NCBI RefSeq assembly: GCF_009914755.1
Contig: NC_060927.1
DNA length: 64,000 bases
Reading direction: 5' to 3' (one strand)
From: the human T2T-CHM13v2.0 reference genome, Homo sapiens
In this document: piece by piece, positions 13,770 through 34,932 of the stretch
Position numbering within the stretch: the stretch's first letter is position 1
Layout of the letters: each line of letters begins with the position of its first letter
The notes under the pieces: model-generated
The model's input: only the letters and a program-made list of their open reading frames with translations
Database searches by the model: none
What the model was told of the DNA's origin: nothing
Made by a program: the position numbers and the translations under genes

Positions 13770-14900
13770 CCCAACTAGTTTAATGGAATGCGAAAGGAAT
13801 GAATATAAGGTATAGTGCTAAGTAAATTGTTTTGGTTTTGTGTGGTAAGGGAGGAAGAGTTGGGGTCAAAATTAGCACAAATGTAGGGCCTGGGTGGCTG
13901 GGAGAATGTTAAAATACCGTTAGCAAAAACAGAAAGACACAGAGAACAAGCAGGTTTAGCCAAGGCTAGGGGGTGGGAGGACAAATTCAGTATGAGGCGT
14001 AATAGATGGGAAGTTCCACTGAACATCCATGTCATATTTATTAGGCAATCAGAAGTATGGAGCTAGAGGTCAGGAAAGAACTCTAGGACAGAACTTTAGA
14101 AAATTTCCAATACTGAGTTGGTTTTTAAGTCACAGTATTGTTATATATAAGAGATGGAGATGGACAGAGCCTTTATTGTATATATGCCCATTTAAAGATG
14201 GAAAGTGGGGAGAGGACTAGCTTCAAGAGGTTAAAGTTTGGACACTTAAACGTCTTTTAAACAGGATTGAAAATGAGAGGTAGGACAGAGTAAAGATGTG
14301 AGAACATTATGGAAAGGTAGTTTTTGGATCAAGGTAGATAGGCTTTGAGCTTGAAGTACCCAACCTTGACAAGAGTAAAGAAAACAGCAAAAGCATGGAG
14401 ACCTTTCGTCAGAAGTGGGAAGTTGCAATGTGTGTCCCCAAAATCAAGGTCCCTACGAAGATGAGGTGGGCACAGAGTGGCTGCGAGCATGAGGGAGGCA
14501 GAAGAATTTGAAGTAAGAGGTAGCTACCATAAGGAACATGGGCATCTCCAGGGGGTTACAAGGCTGGTCACCAGCAGTGAGGGTGCCGCTGAGGTGGGAT
14601 AGCTTACACGGAAAGAACAGTCATGTTTGGTGGTTTTTCTAGAGCAACATCAGCAGTTGGTATCTGGAGGAGGAGTAATGAATGGTGGGAGGACAGTGAA
14701 AAAGGGAAACTGTCTTCTAAGTGGAGTGTCTGAGCAGGACATCCATGCCAGGGGGAAAAGATATGAGGGAGTCACAAAGAGTAGGTAGACTGAGAAAGGG
14801 AGGAATTTAGGGGCTAGAGGTGACAATGAGGACAGAGAGTGATTGTGCATATCAGTAAGAATGGAATTAGGTTTGGTCTAGGGCGAGGAGTAGATCAATA
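13770..14900 (-). mobile_element. Old L2-like fragment(s)
   Basis: Purine-rich text typical of antisense L2 (e.g. gacaaattcagtatgagg...gaacatccatgtca...aggcaatcagaagtatgga). Confidence 0.5.
14037..14042 (-). terminator. NME9: Candidate poly(A) signal (AATAAA) of the distal NME9 last exon
   Basis: TTTATT on +, ~1.07 kb past the stop at 15107; a second candidate lies at 14172-14177. Confidence 0.45.
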
Positions 14901-15106
14901 TGTAAATGTTTTGGAAACTAAAACACCAGATAAAAATTACCATTCCTAATCTACAGCTAAAATGTGGTTCCCTGTTCTTAATAGATGATATTTTCCCTGA
15001 TCATTGTTAATTTCAACAATATTTTCTTCTCTTCTTGTTTGGCTGAAACATCCTGAGGTTTTCCACTCTCTCATGTTCTAAGGTCAGACTTCTGAATCCT
15101 CTCATT

Positions 15107-15153
15107 TTAGTCTAGGTCAGTGATCTTCAACCTTGGCTGTGTACTGGACTCAC
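15107..15153 (-). CDS. NME9: NME9 alternative terminal coding exon (G)ESSTQPRLKITDLD*
   Basis: Acceptor (t)16-aatctcctcAG at 15154-15155; phase 1 matches the donor at 56073; the peptide matches my recollection of a known NME9 isoform C-terminus. Confidence 0.8.
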
Positions 15154-15310
15154 CTGAGGAGATTAAAAAAAAAAAAAAAATTTAGGTGCCTAGCCCTGAC
15201 CCTGGAGAATCTAATTTAATTGGTCTGCTGTATGGCCTGGACATAGGATTAAAAAAAAAAATCTCCCCAGGTAATTCTTCTGCAAGGACAACCAAGGTTA
15301 AGATCTATTG
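15118..15310. mobile_element. MER5-type hAT-Charlie MITE with perfect 8-bp TSD
   Basis: TIR CAGTGATCTTCAACCTTGG...CCAAGGTTAAGATCTATTG; TSD GTCTAGGT at 15110-15117 and 15311-15318. Confidence 0.9.
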
Positions 15311-16305
15311 GTCTAGGTATTCTCCCAGGTGAGAGTAACGACTCCCATTAATGAGTTGCCCATATTGGGAACTACCTGGTGAGTACAAGAGGACTACCTT
15401 AACCAGGGCTGTATTACAAGTGTGGCTGAGCATATAGACTCTGGAGTCACATGCCTGGGTACGTATCTCAGCTGTGTGATTACAGGAAAGCTCTGTATTA
15501 TCCAGAATAATGCCTACAGAAGAGTGAGGGTTAAATTGGGTAATATAACATGCTTAGCACAGTGCTTGGCACATGGAAGAACTCAACAAATGTGTTTGTT
15601 AATATTTGTGTTGTGATGTCATGAGTACTTTATTCTAATATGAAAAGGCTGTTTTTCAATAGGCCCACACAAGTCAAATTCAGTTTCCTTCACACACTAT
15701 TTATTTTGTATCTAGACATTGATGAAGGAAAATTGCAGGTTATCTTATTTTTAAGTTGAAACAATAAAGCTTCATGATTATAGTGATTATATGTAGCAGC
15801 ACTTCGTGCTATAGTGAAAGATGGCAAGGGTTACTTTTCTAAAAGTTTCAGTCGGTTGGTAAGAAAGTAGCCACAGGGTGGCTCTGTCCTAAGCCCAGAT
15901 TTCATTTTGTGAGGGCTGAGCATGGACTGTGATTTCTTTAGAACCTCACTCTGGAAGGAACCTGCCCAATGAGAGTTCATTTATTTCTTTTCCTTTTTCT
16001 CAAGATTATTTACATAACACCTCTGCAGTACTTATACCATTTAATTTTTGTGTTAAATGTCTTTAAAAATAAACAACATAACCTGCCCCTTACGCCTGTC
16101 ATTCAGCCTGGCAGGTCCTTAGTGGGCTAGACCTACCTTTCTGATGAGCTGCCCGCCCCCAGCGCAAGATGATTGTTTGAGAGGTAAAAACTCTTGCCAA
16201 AAACAACGTTAAACTTTTAATGGATGTTAACATACTTGCATTTACAAGCAGTGAAGTTTGTCACCTTCATGTTGTTATTTATGCAGCATTAACCTTTTTC
16301 TCCAG

Positions 16306-16388
16306 ATCATTGAGACTGAAAATATGATGGACCGAATTGTGACTGGCTTGTCTGAGTCTAGTGTCAAGGTGCGGTTAGCTGCCGTCAG
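16306..16388 (+). CDS. ARMC8: ARMC8 exon [28 protein letters not shown]
   Basis: ttctccAG / AG|gtatga; 83 nt; translation recognised as ARMC8. Confidence 0.96.
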
Positions 16389-16697
16389 GTATGAGCTTTA
16401 AATGGTCTGAATAAAAACCTTTTGCCATATATTTAACCTGTTGCCTTTCTGGTCCTTCACTGAGTAAACACAGACTACAAATGTTCCTCAAAAATCTGCT
16501 CAGGTGAATTCATAGAGTATATAACATTGTCTAACAGAGAGCCTGGCCTCCAAACCCCATAAAGTGGTCTGATGTAGTTCACTTAACAATGTAGATATGC
16601 TTGAAGTGTACATTAGTCATTGTAAAATGCCAGCCAGTTTGTTTGAAAAGTAAAAGTTTTGATTTCTTGTGAAGCTAATTTTGATTATTCTTTGTAG

Positions 16698-16779
16698 ATG
16701 TTTGCACAGTTTATCCAGATCTGTGCAGCAGCTTCGAACCAGTTTCCAGGATCATGCTGTTTGGAAACCTTTAATGAAG
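16698..16779 (+). CDS. ARMC8: ARMC8 exon [27 protein letters not shown]
   Basis: tttgtAG / AAG|gtaaga; 82 nt; frame continuous. Confidence 0.96.
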
Positions 16780-16926
16780 GTAAGAAGAAAGGGTCAGCCA
16801 GTAACAGCTGTACTCACAGACCCTAGAGTGAGCTGAGCTAGCTAACACTACTCCCTGGTCTAGGAGTATGTCTGATTTTTGTGTAGAGCATTTTGAACGT
16901 TTATCTCCTCAAATCTGATATTCTAA

Positions 16927-17285
<359 letters not shown>

Positions 17286-17460
17286 GCCTGATTTTCTTTT
17301 ATTAACTAAGCTTTAGTTACTCATCTGATCTCCCTATTTGTTTAATATTACACCTTAACCTTATATCCAGAATTATCCTTGTAATTTTTGGTTCTGAAAA
17401 GCAAAGGAATCTGCCATTTACAGAGATAATGTGTTGTTCTTAGTCTCGGCAATCCCTGGA

Positions 17461-17763
<303 letters not shown>

Positions 17764-19720
17764 CCTGGATATTTTTTAACATAACATTTTTGGTGTTAGG
17801 TCTTCTCTTCAGGCCCCTTTTGTCCCCCCCAAAAAAGGTTCAGGACAAATGAATCTGAATCAAGACTTAGAGCATGTATCAAGTGGCTGCTAATAATGTT
17901 ATCCCCTGATACACTACAAAACTTGGTCTTTGGTCTATCATTTTTTTTCTTAAGTGATCATATACCTTGCATTTAGTCAACTTAATTTTTTAGAGTTTTG
18001 TTTTGTTTTTGCATACCTGCTATGTACTAAGCAAAGCCTTCAAGTACAGTGAGCTACCAAAAACATTTTATCACAGAACTCTTACTCTTGGCTTAAAGCT
18101 TTAGGTTTAGGAGGCGGGGGCATCAATGTGGCAGAAATAGGCAAGAGACCATTCAGGCAGGAAGAATATAAAGTGGGCTTTGAAAGCAAGAGGAAAACAG
18201 GAGGATTTTCTGGGGAGCAGAATAGCATGAGGAGAAACATTATGTATGGTATGTGTAGGGAACGGCAAGTATACCTTTATGACTCTAGTGGAGCAGTGGG
18301 ATATAATGAGACATACCAGTGGACAGGTAAGGACGAAGTGGAAGAGTTAGACCAATGCCAGTGGCCTTGGGAATTGACATGCTGAGTGGTTCTTCCATTG
18401 AGGAGGTTCATCTAGTGACAGAGTATATGATTTATGTGTTGAGGTCCTGGAATAAAGCAGTAGGAGTGGCTTAGGAAAGACCATATGAACCCTGGAGCTA
18501 CTTCAGTGGAAGGAATGATAGATTGAGTGTATGATTCACTACTCAGGAGCTGTCAGGGGGACACCAAGAGTTTTCTATTTTCTAGTCTAAACAAGTGTCA
18601 CAATATGGTCTTATGAGGCCTATCAGAACAGTATGTTTCTTTAACAACTTATTTTCAGTGGGCCTGCCTAAGCAGTATGTAACATTGAACTTGACCCATT
18701 TTCATCCATTGGCACATCTTCCTGAGTTTCACTCTTTTTCACCCTATTAGACATATGTCATCTCTTCTGAATACTCCTCATTCTCTGAGATCCTTTTGCT
18801 TCCTGAACCTCATTAAGAGCCCCAAATCTCAGAATGGTTATTTACCTACACTCTACTCTCCAGCTACAGTATCAGTGCCTTTCTATGCTTGGAACACACT
18901 TGCTTATGGAGTGTGCCAGCTCCCACCAGCAAAAGTTTATTTCAGGACCACCATCCCTTATCCAAAACTGTTGGGGCCAGATTTGACATTTCTGGATTTT
19001 TATAGTTGAGGAATTCATGTACCTATTTAGTTGTTGAGCCCAAATTTGTATCCAAGTAGTCTTATGTTTTTCATTTCCCTGCTACGGTACTTCCCTTATT
19101 ATTCACTATATCACATTTAATCCTAAATAGTTCTATCAAGGAGGTCTTATTTTCCTCAGTTTATAGATGAAGAAATACAGGCTCAGGCTAGTTAGTGGAA
19201 GTGTCCAGTTGGAACTAGGTCTGTGTGATTCCATTTCTGAGAACCAGTCTCCCACACTGTCCTGCCTATGCAGTAGTAGCCTGCTTGATTCGTCAGTGCT
19301 CCTGGTCAAACAAGCCCTTCTAAGGACACATCAGAAAGTCAGGCTGTAGGACCATTCTGTAGACTCATAAGGGGCTTGACTGATGGAGTAGAATGAGCTC
19401 ACTTACCCCAGAGCAGTCCCTTGGCCTTCAAGCATTTCACATAAGAGTATCTTCCCCTGACATGTCTCTCTCCTCCCTGCAAGAGCCCCCAGTGAGGCTG
19501 CAGCTTCTCCAAGCAAGACAGATTTGAGGGCGTTAGTCCGTCATAATTATAGCACTAGGAAAAGTTTGACACAGTATCAAGTGGATTCTTCCTATCTCTC
19601 CAATACGAAGAATCAGGTTGAAAGATAATTGTTCTTGTTTTTATTTATATTTTATATCTCATTTTATATCTCATCTTCATCATTCCAAATCATTAGTAGT
19701 ATCCTTTTTTAATTCCATAG

Positions 19721-19807
19721 GTTTTACAAAATGCACCAGATGAAATCCTAGTGGTAGCATCTTCCATGCTGTGTAATCTTCTTCTTGAATTTTCTCCAAG
19801 CAAAGAG
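19721..19807 (+). CDS. ARMC8: ARMC8 exon [29 protein letters not shown]
   Basis: ccatAG / GAG|gttagt; 87 nt, phase 0-0. Confidence 0.96.
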
Positions 19808-20510
19808 GTTAGTATTGATTTTCTTTTCCTAGACTTTGCCCAGTCCAGCTAGAGCTTACTCAAATACTTTTTATAGTAGTTGACATTGAAATCTGTGGGT
19901 TGGGTTTAAAAACTACTTCGGAATTGTTTGATTGCATAGCGGTAGGGGTGTGCAAATAAATCATTCATTTTAAAGTACGGTTATCATTTCCCATTATTCT
20001 TGTTATTCTATCTAACATATTCAGCTTATTTAAAAGATATTACATCTTCAAGTCTATCTAAACTGCCTGAAACTGTGAATGTAAGAAATAATTTTTCTTA
20101 CAAATAGTAAACTATTCTCAGGCTATCTTTACTAAAGAATAAATTAAGACTAAATTTTGTAAACCAGGATTATAAATCATTTCAAGGACATAACTGCTGT
20201 CATTGGAAAATCATCTTTTGATGTTTAATGTTAATGGTAGTTGTTTGGGGAGGGGTTGGATGGGGGTTCCCTTCTGCATTTTATAAAATATTTGAGTATG
20301 TATTCTTTTTTTTAATAGGAAAAACTAAAATATACCTTAATGAAGAAGGGGAAAACCTTATACAGTTAGTTTTATTATGTCATAATACCCCTGATCTGCC
20401 CAATTATGAACTCAGGTTTATTGTGCATTTAGTTGTCCCATTTGTGTTGAATTTATTTGCTGCATTATAACACTTGTAGGCATTGACTATAATTAAGAAA
20501 GGTAGTATTA

Positions 20511-20843
<333 letters not shown>

Positions 20844-21149
20844 TCAGAAATAGTTATTCAACAAGCAGGAATCTTGGAACAAACAGGGCAAGACTGGTAG
20901 TTACCCTGATGGAAGAGAAAGGCAAAACAGACACCAGAGCTTCCATCAGTTCTCTGCCCTGTAGACGGGGTCTTGGCCTGATGATAATCCAGTCACAGCT
21001 GGTGTACCACCGTTAATCATCCTTAACTGCTCTTATATTGCTCCAGATCTACCTTCAGGATATTTAGGGTCTAGTTAGGAAATAGGTAGATGAGCTCAGG
21101 CAAAGGATCACTAATACGATTTTTTTATATTGAAAAATTAACTCCCAAC

Positions 21150-21770
<621 letters not shown>

Positions 21771-22606
21771 ATATAATTTGTACAGTTGAGAAATGTATAC
21801 CCCTTTTTCTGGGTATATAGATCTGAATTGCTTCTGACGTTTCTATAATCCTCTTGACAAGTGACCTTTAAGCATTCATCGGTGATGGTAAATCTTAATC
21901 CTCTAAGGTTTGAATATTTTTTAGAAATTACCAAAAATTCATGTTCAGTCAAGTATCATAAATAAAGTTAAGTAGTTAGACTAAAGCATGGTATTTTAGA
22001 TGTAAAATGTGGCATGACTGTAAAAGTACAGGACTGTTTTGCTTGTATAATTGATAAGTAGTCCTGAAAATATCCTAAAAGATAAATTCTGCAGCATGTT
22101 TGGAATAAGACTGACAGCTTGGAAGGAGGATGATTTGGTTTTCTAAGTTCCTTTATATTTCTTTCCTTTACCAACCATATTACTTCATAGAGTTCGTAAG
22201 CAATGCACAAGATGTACACATAAAGCAGAAAGTGACAGAGTCTCAGCGAAAGATGAGAGTGGGGAGCTAGGTAATGGGATCATAAGGGTCTGTGTGAAAT
22301 GTACAGATAACTAGAATGTCTCCTGAATCCTCCAGGACTACAAGGATAAAAGGAAATGACAGAGTGGTTTGGTTTTGTTTTCTTTCTTTTTTTTTTTTTT
22401 TTTTTGGCTTTTCGGATTTATGAGAAAATAATTGTCTTTGCCCTTCTCAAGGTGATTTTTATGGCTACATCACTCCCTGCTTTGCAAAAGTTGCCTGGAA
22501 TTGAGTAAGAGTGGGGAAGAAATCACAAAGTGCCAAGGTATATGCATGTTTAGTTTGCAAACTGGACTTTAAAGCTGTGATTTTTTTTTTCCCTGTCCAA
22601 TGGCAG

Positions 22607-22699
22607 CCAATTTTGGAATCAGGAGCCGTAGAGCTACTTTGTGGATTAACTCAGAGTGAAAATCCTGCTTTACGAGTGAATGGAATTTGGGCTTTAATG
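22607..22699 (+). CDS. ARMC8: ARMC8 exon [31 protein letters not shown]
   Basis: tggcAG / ATG|gtacgt; 93 nt, phase 0-0. Confidence 0.96.
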
Positions 22700-24350
22700 G
22701 TACGTTTCACTTTTATATATATCATAACTTACAAAAGGAATACAGCTATTGTCTAAGTTAGAACTATAATGTGTTATTTGAAATGTCTGGAATTTTCTTT
22801 TTCAAAAATCTGGCTATTTTGTTCTAGTTTTCTAATGACTAGGACCTAGAAGGCTTAGTATTAAACTAACAGATTTAACTGTAAGCAAGTTATGCCTCCG
22901 TTCTCTTATTTATTATTAAGAAAAGTGAACAGATGTTGAAACTTAGCTAATTCTGGGAAAATAAATTTTCCTTATCATGAACATATTATATTTTTGTGTA
23001 GCGCCACCTACTTTACAAAGCACTTTCATATCTCCTTTGCTCTTCAGAACAACTTTATGATACCAACCAGAGAGTTCTTACCATACTTTATAGATGAAGT
23101 AAACTAAGGCACAGAATGATTATTTTTTTTAATTGGCAAATAAAAATTATGTGTGTTTATAAAGTACAACATGATGTTTTGAAAGATAAATAGATTGTGG
23201 GATGGCTAATTTGAGCTAATTAATTAACATGTGTATTACCTCACATATTTAACCATTTTTTGCAGAATGATTAACTTGTCGAAGGTAATAAAATTGGTGC
23301 ATAAATACTTAATAATTTTTTAACAGTTTCTAGTAAATAATTTGTAATATATTGTAAAACTTTGAGGTTAGAGAACCATTTCTCCTTAAGATTATTAAAA
23401 TTTTCTTGAAATTGTAAATAGAGTAATCCTAAATTGATTTTTAAAACATATTTATACTATTTACAATTTAATTGCTCTGTACCAGACACTAAGCTGGGCG
23501 TTTTATATTTATCCCTCATTCTTATTTTAAGATATATTGGTATATATTCACTTTACAAATGGGAAACTAGGACTCAGGGAGGGTAAGTGAATTGTGAAGG
23601 TGAAGGCCTCACAGTTAATAATGGAAATGGGTTCAGAACCTTTTCCAAGCCTGTATTCTCCCTGTTCCATGCTATATCTGCTGTGTTTTTATACAGACTT
23701 TAGGATAGAAATAATTATCTTCTAAGAAAGCAACAAATCTGTAGTTTCACAGATATTTTTCTCCTGAACTTTGCACAGCTTTTAGCACTTCTCTTTCTTG
23801 AAACTCCTTCCCAGGACTTATTTTTTTTAAACTCACTTTCTACCTAGCTTCCTTTTCAACCTCTTCTCTGAGAACATTCCCCCAAGTTTCAGTTTCTGGT
23901 TTCCAATTCTCATTACATCAGTTTCAGGGACTTCATCTCATAACATGGTTTCAACTTCCCCTAATAGGTTACTTTGAAATCTACATATCCAGATGTAACT
24001 GTTACCTGTTTCCCACATCTATCACTTAAATGGCGTATGGGACTTCATTTCAGAATTCTCTGACATGCACAACTTTAATGTTGGAAACTGAACTCATTTC
24101 ACTCCTCAAATCTGTACAAACTATCTTATTCTCGTCAGTCTTCATATTACCAGCTGCTGTGTTTTCTCTCTGCAAAATATAAAACCTTAGAGTCATCTCT
24201 GACCTGGGTCTCTTGACACATAGAGTATTCTTTTTGCTCTGCCATGCTGCCTCACATTATTATGTAACTTGATGGCTAATGTCTTAGCTCTTTAATTAAA
24301 ATAAGTTCCTGGAGGGCAACAACCACATATTATGTCTCTAGTTCACAAGA

Positions 24351-24528
24351 TTTTTTTTTTCTTTCTTTTTTTTTTTTTTTGATACAGAGTCTCGCTTAGT
24401 TGCCCAGGCTGGAGTGTAGTGGCATAATCTCAGCTCACTGCAACCTCTGCCTCCTGGGTTCAAGTGATTCTTGTGCCTCAACCTCCTGAGTAGCTGGGAT
24501 TACAGGCGTGTGCCACCACACCTGGCTA
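24351..24528 (-). mobile_element. Alu right-monomer fragment
   Basis: Poly-T plus a single antisense monomer. Confidence 0.85.
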
Positions 24529-25160
24529 TACAAGAGATTTTTGTATCAAAAGTTGATTTGTAAGTTGTTACTTGGAATTTATCATGGTTTTTGTTTTCTT
24601 CAGACATGTATAGCTTGGGATTAAGCTGGGTTAACCCATGATACAAATTAGAGAAAAAGGAGCAAAATAGCTACTAGCCACCCGGGATTACTGGTAGCTC
24701 AGACACACCTCCTACCCTCTGGAGAGCTTCCTGTGTGATACAGCCCAGCCATGCCAACACCTACCATAGTATTGTGAACACAAGAGATGTTTTCATGCCA
24801 GTAAAGTTAAGAAAACCCACTGCTTATTTTCTTCCGTGAGTACTTTGAAATCATTCTCAAAAGGCATGGCACAGTATAAGCATTAATAGTCATTTCGTGT
24901 ACAGCAGGCAACTTGATAACCATAAAGATATTCTCAAAAGTGATAAATGAGTTTTGTATTTATTTGAGAAGTCTTAAGACATTCAAATGTCTGTACCTAA
25001 AAGTGGTCACATTCCTCATGTAGAAGTATATCTAAGAGTAACAGTTACGTTTCTCTTGACGGACAGAAATATAGGTGATTAACAAGAATCAAGAAAATAG
25101 ATTGATTTATCCTTAAAGATTTTCTGCAGATTCTGTTTGTACTTTGAAAATTATCAGAGT

Positions 25161-25683
<523 letters not shown>

Positions 25684-26318
25684 GTAAGTAAAATCACCCA
25701 GGCTTCCAAATTAGCTAGCCCTGCATATGCATTGCAAGACATTGCTCTCTCTCTGTGCTCTCATTAACATCTGCCCATGAGTGTGATTCAAATGCTGCCC
25801 CCTTCCAAAGAAACAAGGAGTTGATGTCTAAACCTGTCACCTTCGTAGGTGTTCTGGGAGCTGCTTCACCATATCACCCCCTATTCTCCACTCCTACACT
25901 GCTTATCCTGTCTCCCTCTAATCCCTGGAACAGAGGAAAACATGACCAGTGCCTACCTTGATTTGTTACTTTTTTCTTACCTGGTATGCTGTCCAGGATG
26001 GATTTTCTCATCTGCCTAAATCACTTATCTCTGGGGCCTCTGCTTCTTTCCCTTTAGAGAATTCTCAGAGCCATTCCATAGACCATCTCCCTACCCACAT
26101 TTACGGGATTGACCTCTGAAGATGCCAGTGTAGAAAGCAGTGGATACGTGTCAGAGTAGGAGAGGCTGAGCCTTGCTGGTGGGATACCTCTCAATGTTCT
26201 CTAATGTTCCCCAAGAAACAATGCAAGTGGCCTTCAGGTAGATGAGGAAATATGAGTGGTTCCCTTCTCTGTGCCCCACAAGTTGTCATTATGCATTTAT
26301 TCTCCAAGATAGTATTAG

Positions 26319-26685
<367 letters not shown>

Positions 26686-26764
26686 TTTGCTTCCTTTTTC
26701 TTTAATATATTTGGGTTTGAGGACCCCCAATGATTGTGCTTTCATATTCTGTCAGGTCAACTTT

Positions 26765-26796
26765 ATGTATGTATGTATGTATGTGTAATGTGTATA

Positions 26797-26827
<31 letters not shown>

Positions 26828-26830
26828 ATG
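26765..26830. repeat. (TATG)n/(TG)n microsatellite
   Basis: tatgtatgtatgtatg...tgtgtgtgtg. Confidence 0.9.
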
Positions 26831-27015
26831 ACATATTTGAAGGCAAACTGCAGCTTCAAAATATAATAAACACTGTTCTTTGGCATCTAGTTCTATATGC
26901 TATAGTGTTTTGCATGAAGCAGTTGTGAATCATATTGTTTTAACTTTTAGAAGCCTTGTATTCGTCCTGTGGTCTTTGTTTCTTTGATAATTATGGATTT
27001 CCCATTGTTTTACAG

Positions 27016-27111
27016 CATATAGATAAAATAATGAGTACTCATGGAAAGCAAATTATGCAAGCCGTCACTCTTATTCTAGAAGGGGAACATAACATTGAGG
27101 TCAAAGAGCAG
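27016..27111 (+). CDS. ARMC8: ARMC8 exon [32 protein letters not shown]
   Basis: ttttacAG / CAG|gtacgt; 96 nt, phase 0-0. Confidence 0.96.
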
Positions 27112-27839
27112 GTACGTTGTTCCTTTCTCTTGGGGAATATTTTCTGAATGTGAGCACAAAGGAAGTTCTTAAGAGTCTCCTGAAATATTCAAATCTGCAG
27201 AAGACAGAGTGCTGAGATGGGAGATGCTCTAGAAATAGGAAGAAATATCTTCCACCATCCCTTAAACTCTCTTTAAGACTTCTTCCTGAAATAGAGGAAA
27301 ACATGACCAGCGTGTACAGTTTTGCTCTCTGTGTCATGCACTGTGCACACTGTCCCTGTCTCTACAGGAGCAGTCACCTTTCATCATCCTGGAATGAATC
27401 CTTTTTCCAGGATAAATAAGTGATTTCCAGGATAAATAAATAGTGGTTTCTAGCCCTCTCCGCCGCCATGCTCTCAACTCAAAATTCCTGCGACTCGCTG
27501 ATAAAATAATTCCTCATCCTGGAGATAGTTTTCATTTCTTTTCTCTTAGGCATCTTATTCCTCATCCCATAACCCTACTTCCATTAAGTTTCAGGAGGGC
27601 AAGTTAAGGGTAGGTATTAAAGTACGAAGCTGTGCATTTATCAGGACAGTTGGGAATTATTTTTCTTTATTTTCTGGGATTTATCATGGGAGTTTTAATG
27701 AATATATTTTATTTTGCTCTAAAAACAAAAGTCACCTGCAAACTTAAGATTTTAACACAGGACCAGAGATACTGGCGATCTTCAGTTTTTTGACATAGGT
27801 TTTGGCTACATGGTTATGTTCTCTTTCAAAATTCATTAA

Positions 27840-28139
<300 letters not shown>

Positions 28140-28959
28140 TCATTAAGCTGTAGACATATAGGTATGTCTATCTGAAAGAAACTCGCCCAAGGTCATCAGT
28201 AGAGAGTTGGACCCAGAGAGTCTAACTTCAGGGGCTGTGCTTCTCATCTTCTGTATTCTTGAGTTAAAGTAATTCAGCCAGCCTTGGAAGAACAGTCCAG
28301 GAAGTAAGAGTTGTAGGTCTTAGGAGCTGCAATTGAATTTGTGAGCAAAAAGTTGGTAGGTTTGATAAAGTGATTTTAAGACAGATATTTTACGTGATAT
28401 CTCTTAAAATTTTTTTTAAAACTGTGTTTTGATGAAAAAAATTTAACACAGAGAAAGTATAATCTCATAAGCATCACTAAAATTAGCCGAAATGAAATCC
28501 ATTACTGAAACACAACAATGAAGAAAGTACATTGTTCAAAATAAACCATTGTACTTTGAGAGGATAGGAATGAATTTTGTCTATAAAGACAACTTACCTG
28601 GATAGAATTTCAGTAACTTGAAAAGCGAAGCAAGACAGAAAGGTGAGGCAAGATTTGAATGAGGGCAAAATGAAAGACCAACAACAGTATTGTTTTTGCA
28701 GGACACAAAGGAACTTTCTCATACAGATTTTGGAAGTGATCTGGAAATAGGCGAGTATGGGAGGCTAAACAGTCGGCTCACTAGCTAGAAGTTTAATGCT
28801 TCTCAAAAGCACCTGATAAATTATTTTTTTGACTGACATACAATTGACATACAATAAGCTGCACATATTTAAAGTATACAGTGTTTCAGTTTTGACACGT
28901 GCATCCACCTATGAAACTGTCACCACAGACAAGATAGTAAAACATATGTATCACTGCCC

Positions 28960-33716
<4,757 letters not shown>

Positions 33717-33851
33717 CTCTATTTCCTTGATTTCCAGTTGTTCATATTAGTATATACACTAATATGCGTACATTAATGGTGTGGGTGTGTGTGTGTGTGT
33801 GTAGTTTTTATCTGTTCCTTAGCTCACATATTCAATGAGTTGGCCCAATAA

Positions 33852-34157
<306 letters not shown>

Positions 34158-34932
34158 AATTGATTTCTTTAAGATTTGATTGCTTGTCTCCATAGGAATA
34201 TTTACAGAGGGGTTTTATGAGCTTCAAAACAGAACTGTACCTCACTTTTTCATGCTGTTCAAGCCTGGGGATGCATGGGCGTATTCTAACACTACAAAAA
34301 GGGGAATTACTCACCTGTCTTGCTGACCTGGTCTATTCTGAGGGATCTTCCCTGGAATTCCCCTTTATATTCTGTTTTAGTGGGTAAGAGGGGGTAGCTG
34401 TTTTCTAGGAGAGTCTAAAAGTGTTTACCATTTCTCTTCCCCCCATGAATACCTTGGTTATGAAGCCTTATTAAAATTCTTATTCATAATAAGGATCATT
34501 TCCATTACTTCCTCTTAAGCTGCTCTGGCCAACCCATAGGATTGAGTCTTCTTGGTAAGAAATGGTGGAGAGATGGAGAACAAGAGAGTAATAAGCTATG
34601 ATTCTTCCATGTGCTGCCCCCGCTCCTACTTCTCAGCCAGGTTTTACCTGTGTTCCCTAGATTGGCCTCACCCTCTGCATTTTGGTTTTGTCTTAGTAAA
34701 GCCTGGCAGAGACTGGTTGGTGAGGATTGGATCACTACCACTGATGAATATCATTTTGCTGGCTTGCTCTTGGAAGGTGGGGTTGTTGTAAAGCTTGCTA
34801 AGGCTTTCTGTAATCACTTTAAGGAATTCGAGCAGAACTAGAAGGAATGTGGTATTGTGAGTCTGGTGTTGCCACATTTGGATTGCATGTCAAGACAAGT
34901 GATGGAGAGGGAGAGAGAAAAGAATACTTGTA

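Noticed and set aside
34500-34880. Overlapping short ORFs; - strand ...LPGFTKTKPKC weakly resembling CR1/L3 RT
   Set aside because: A single weak motif with no colinear support visible by eye
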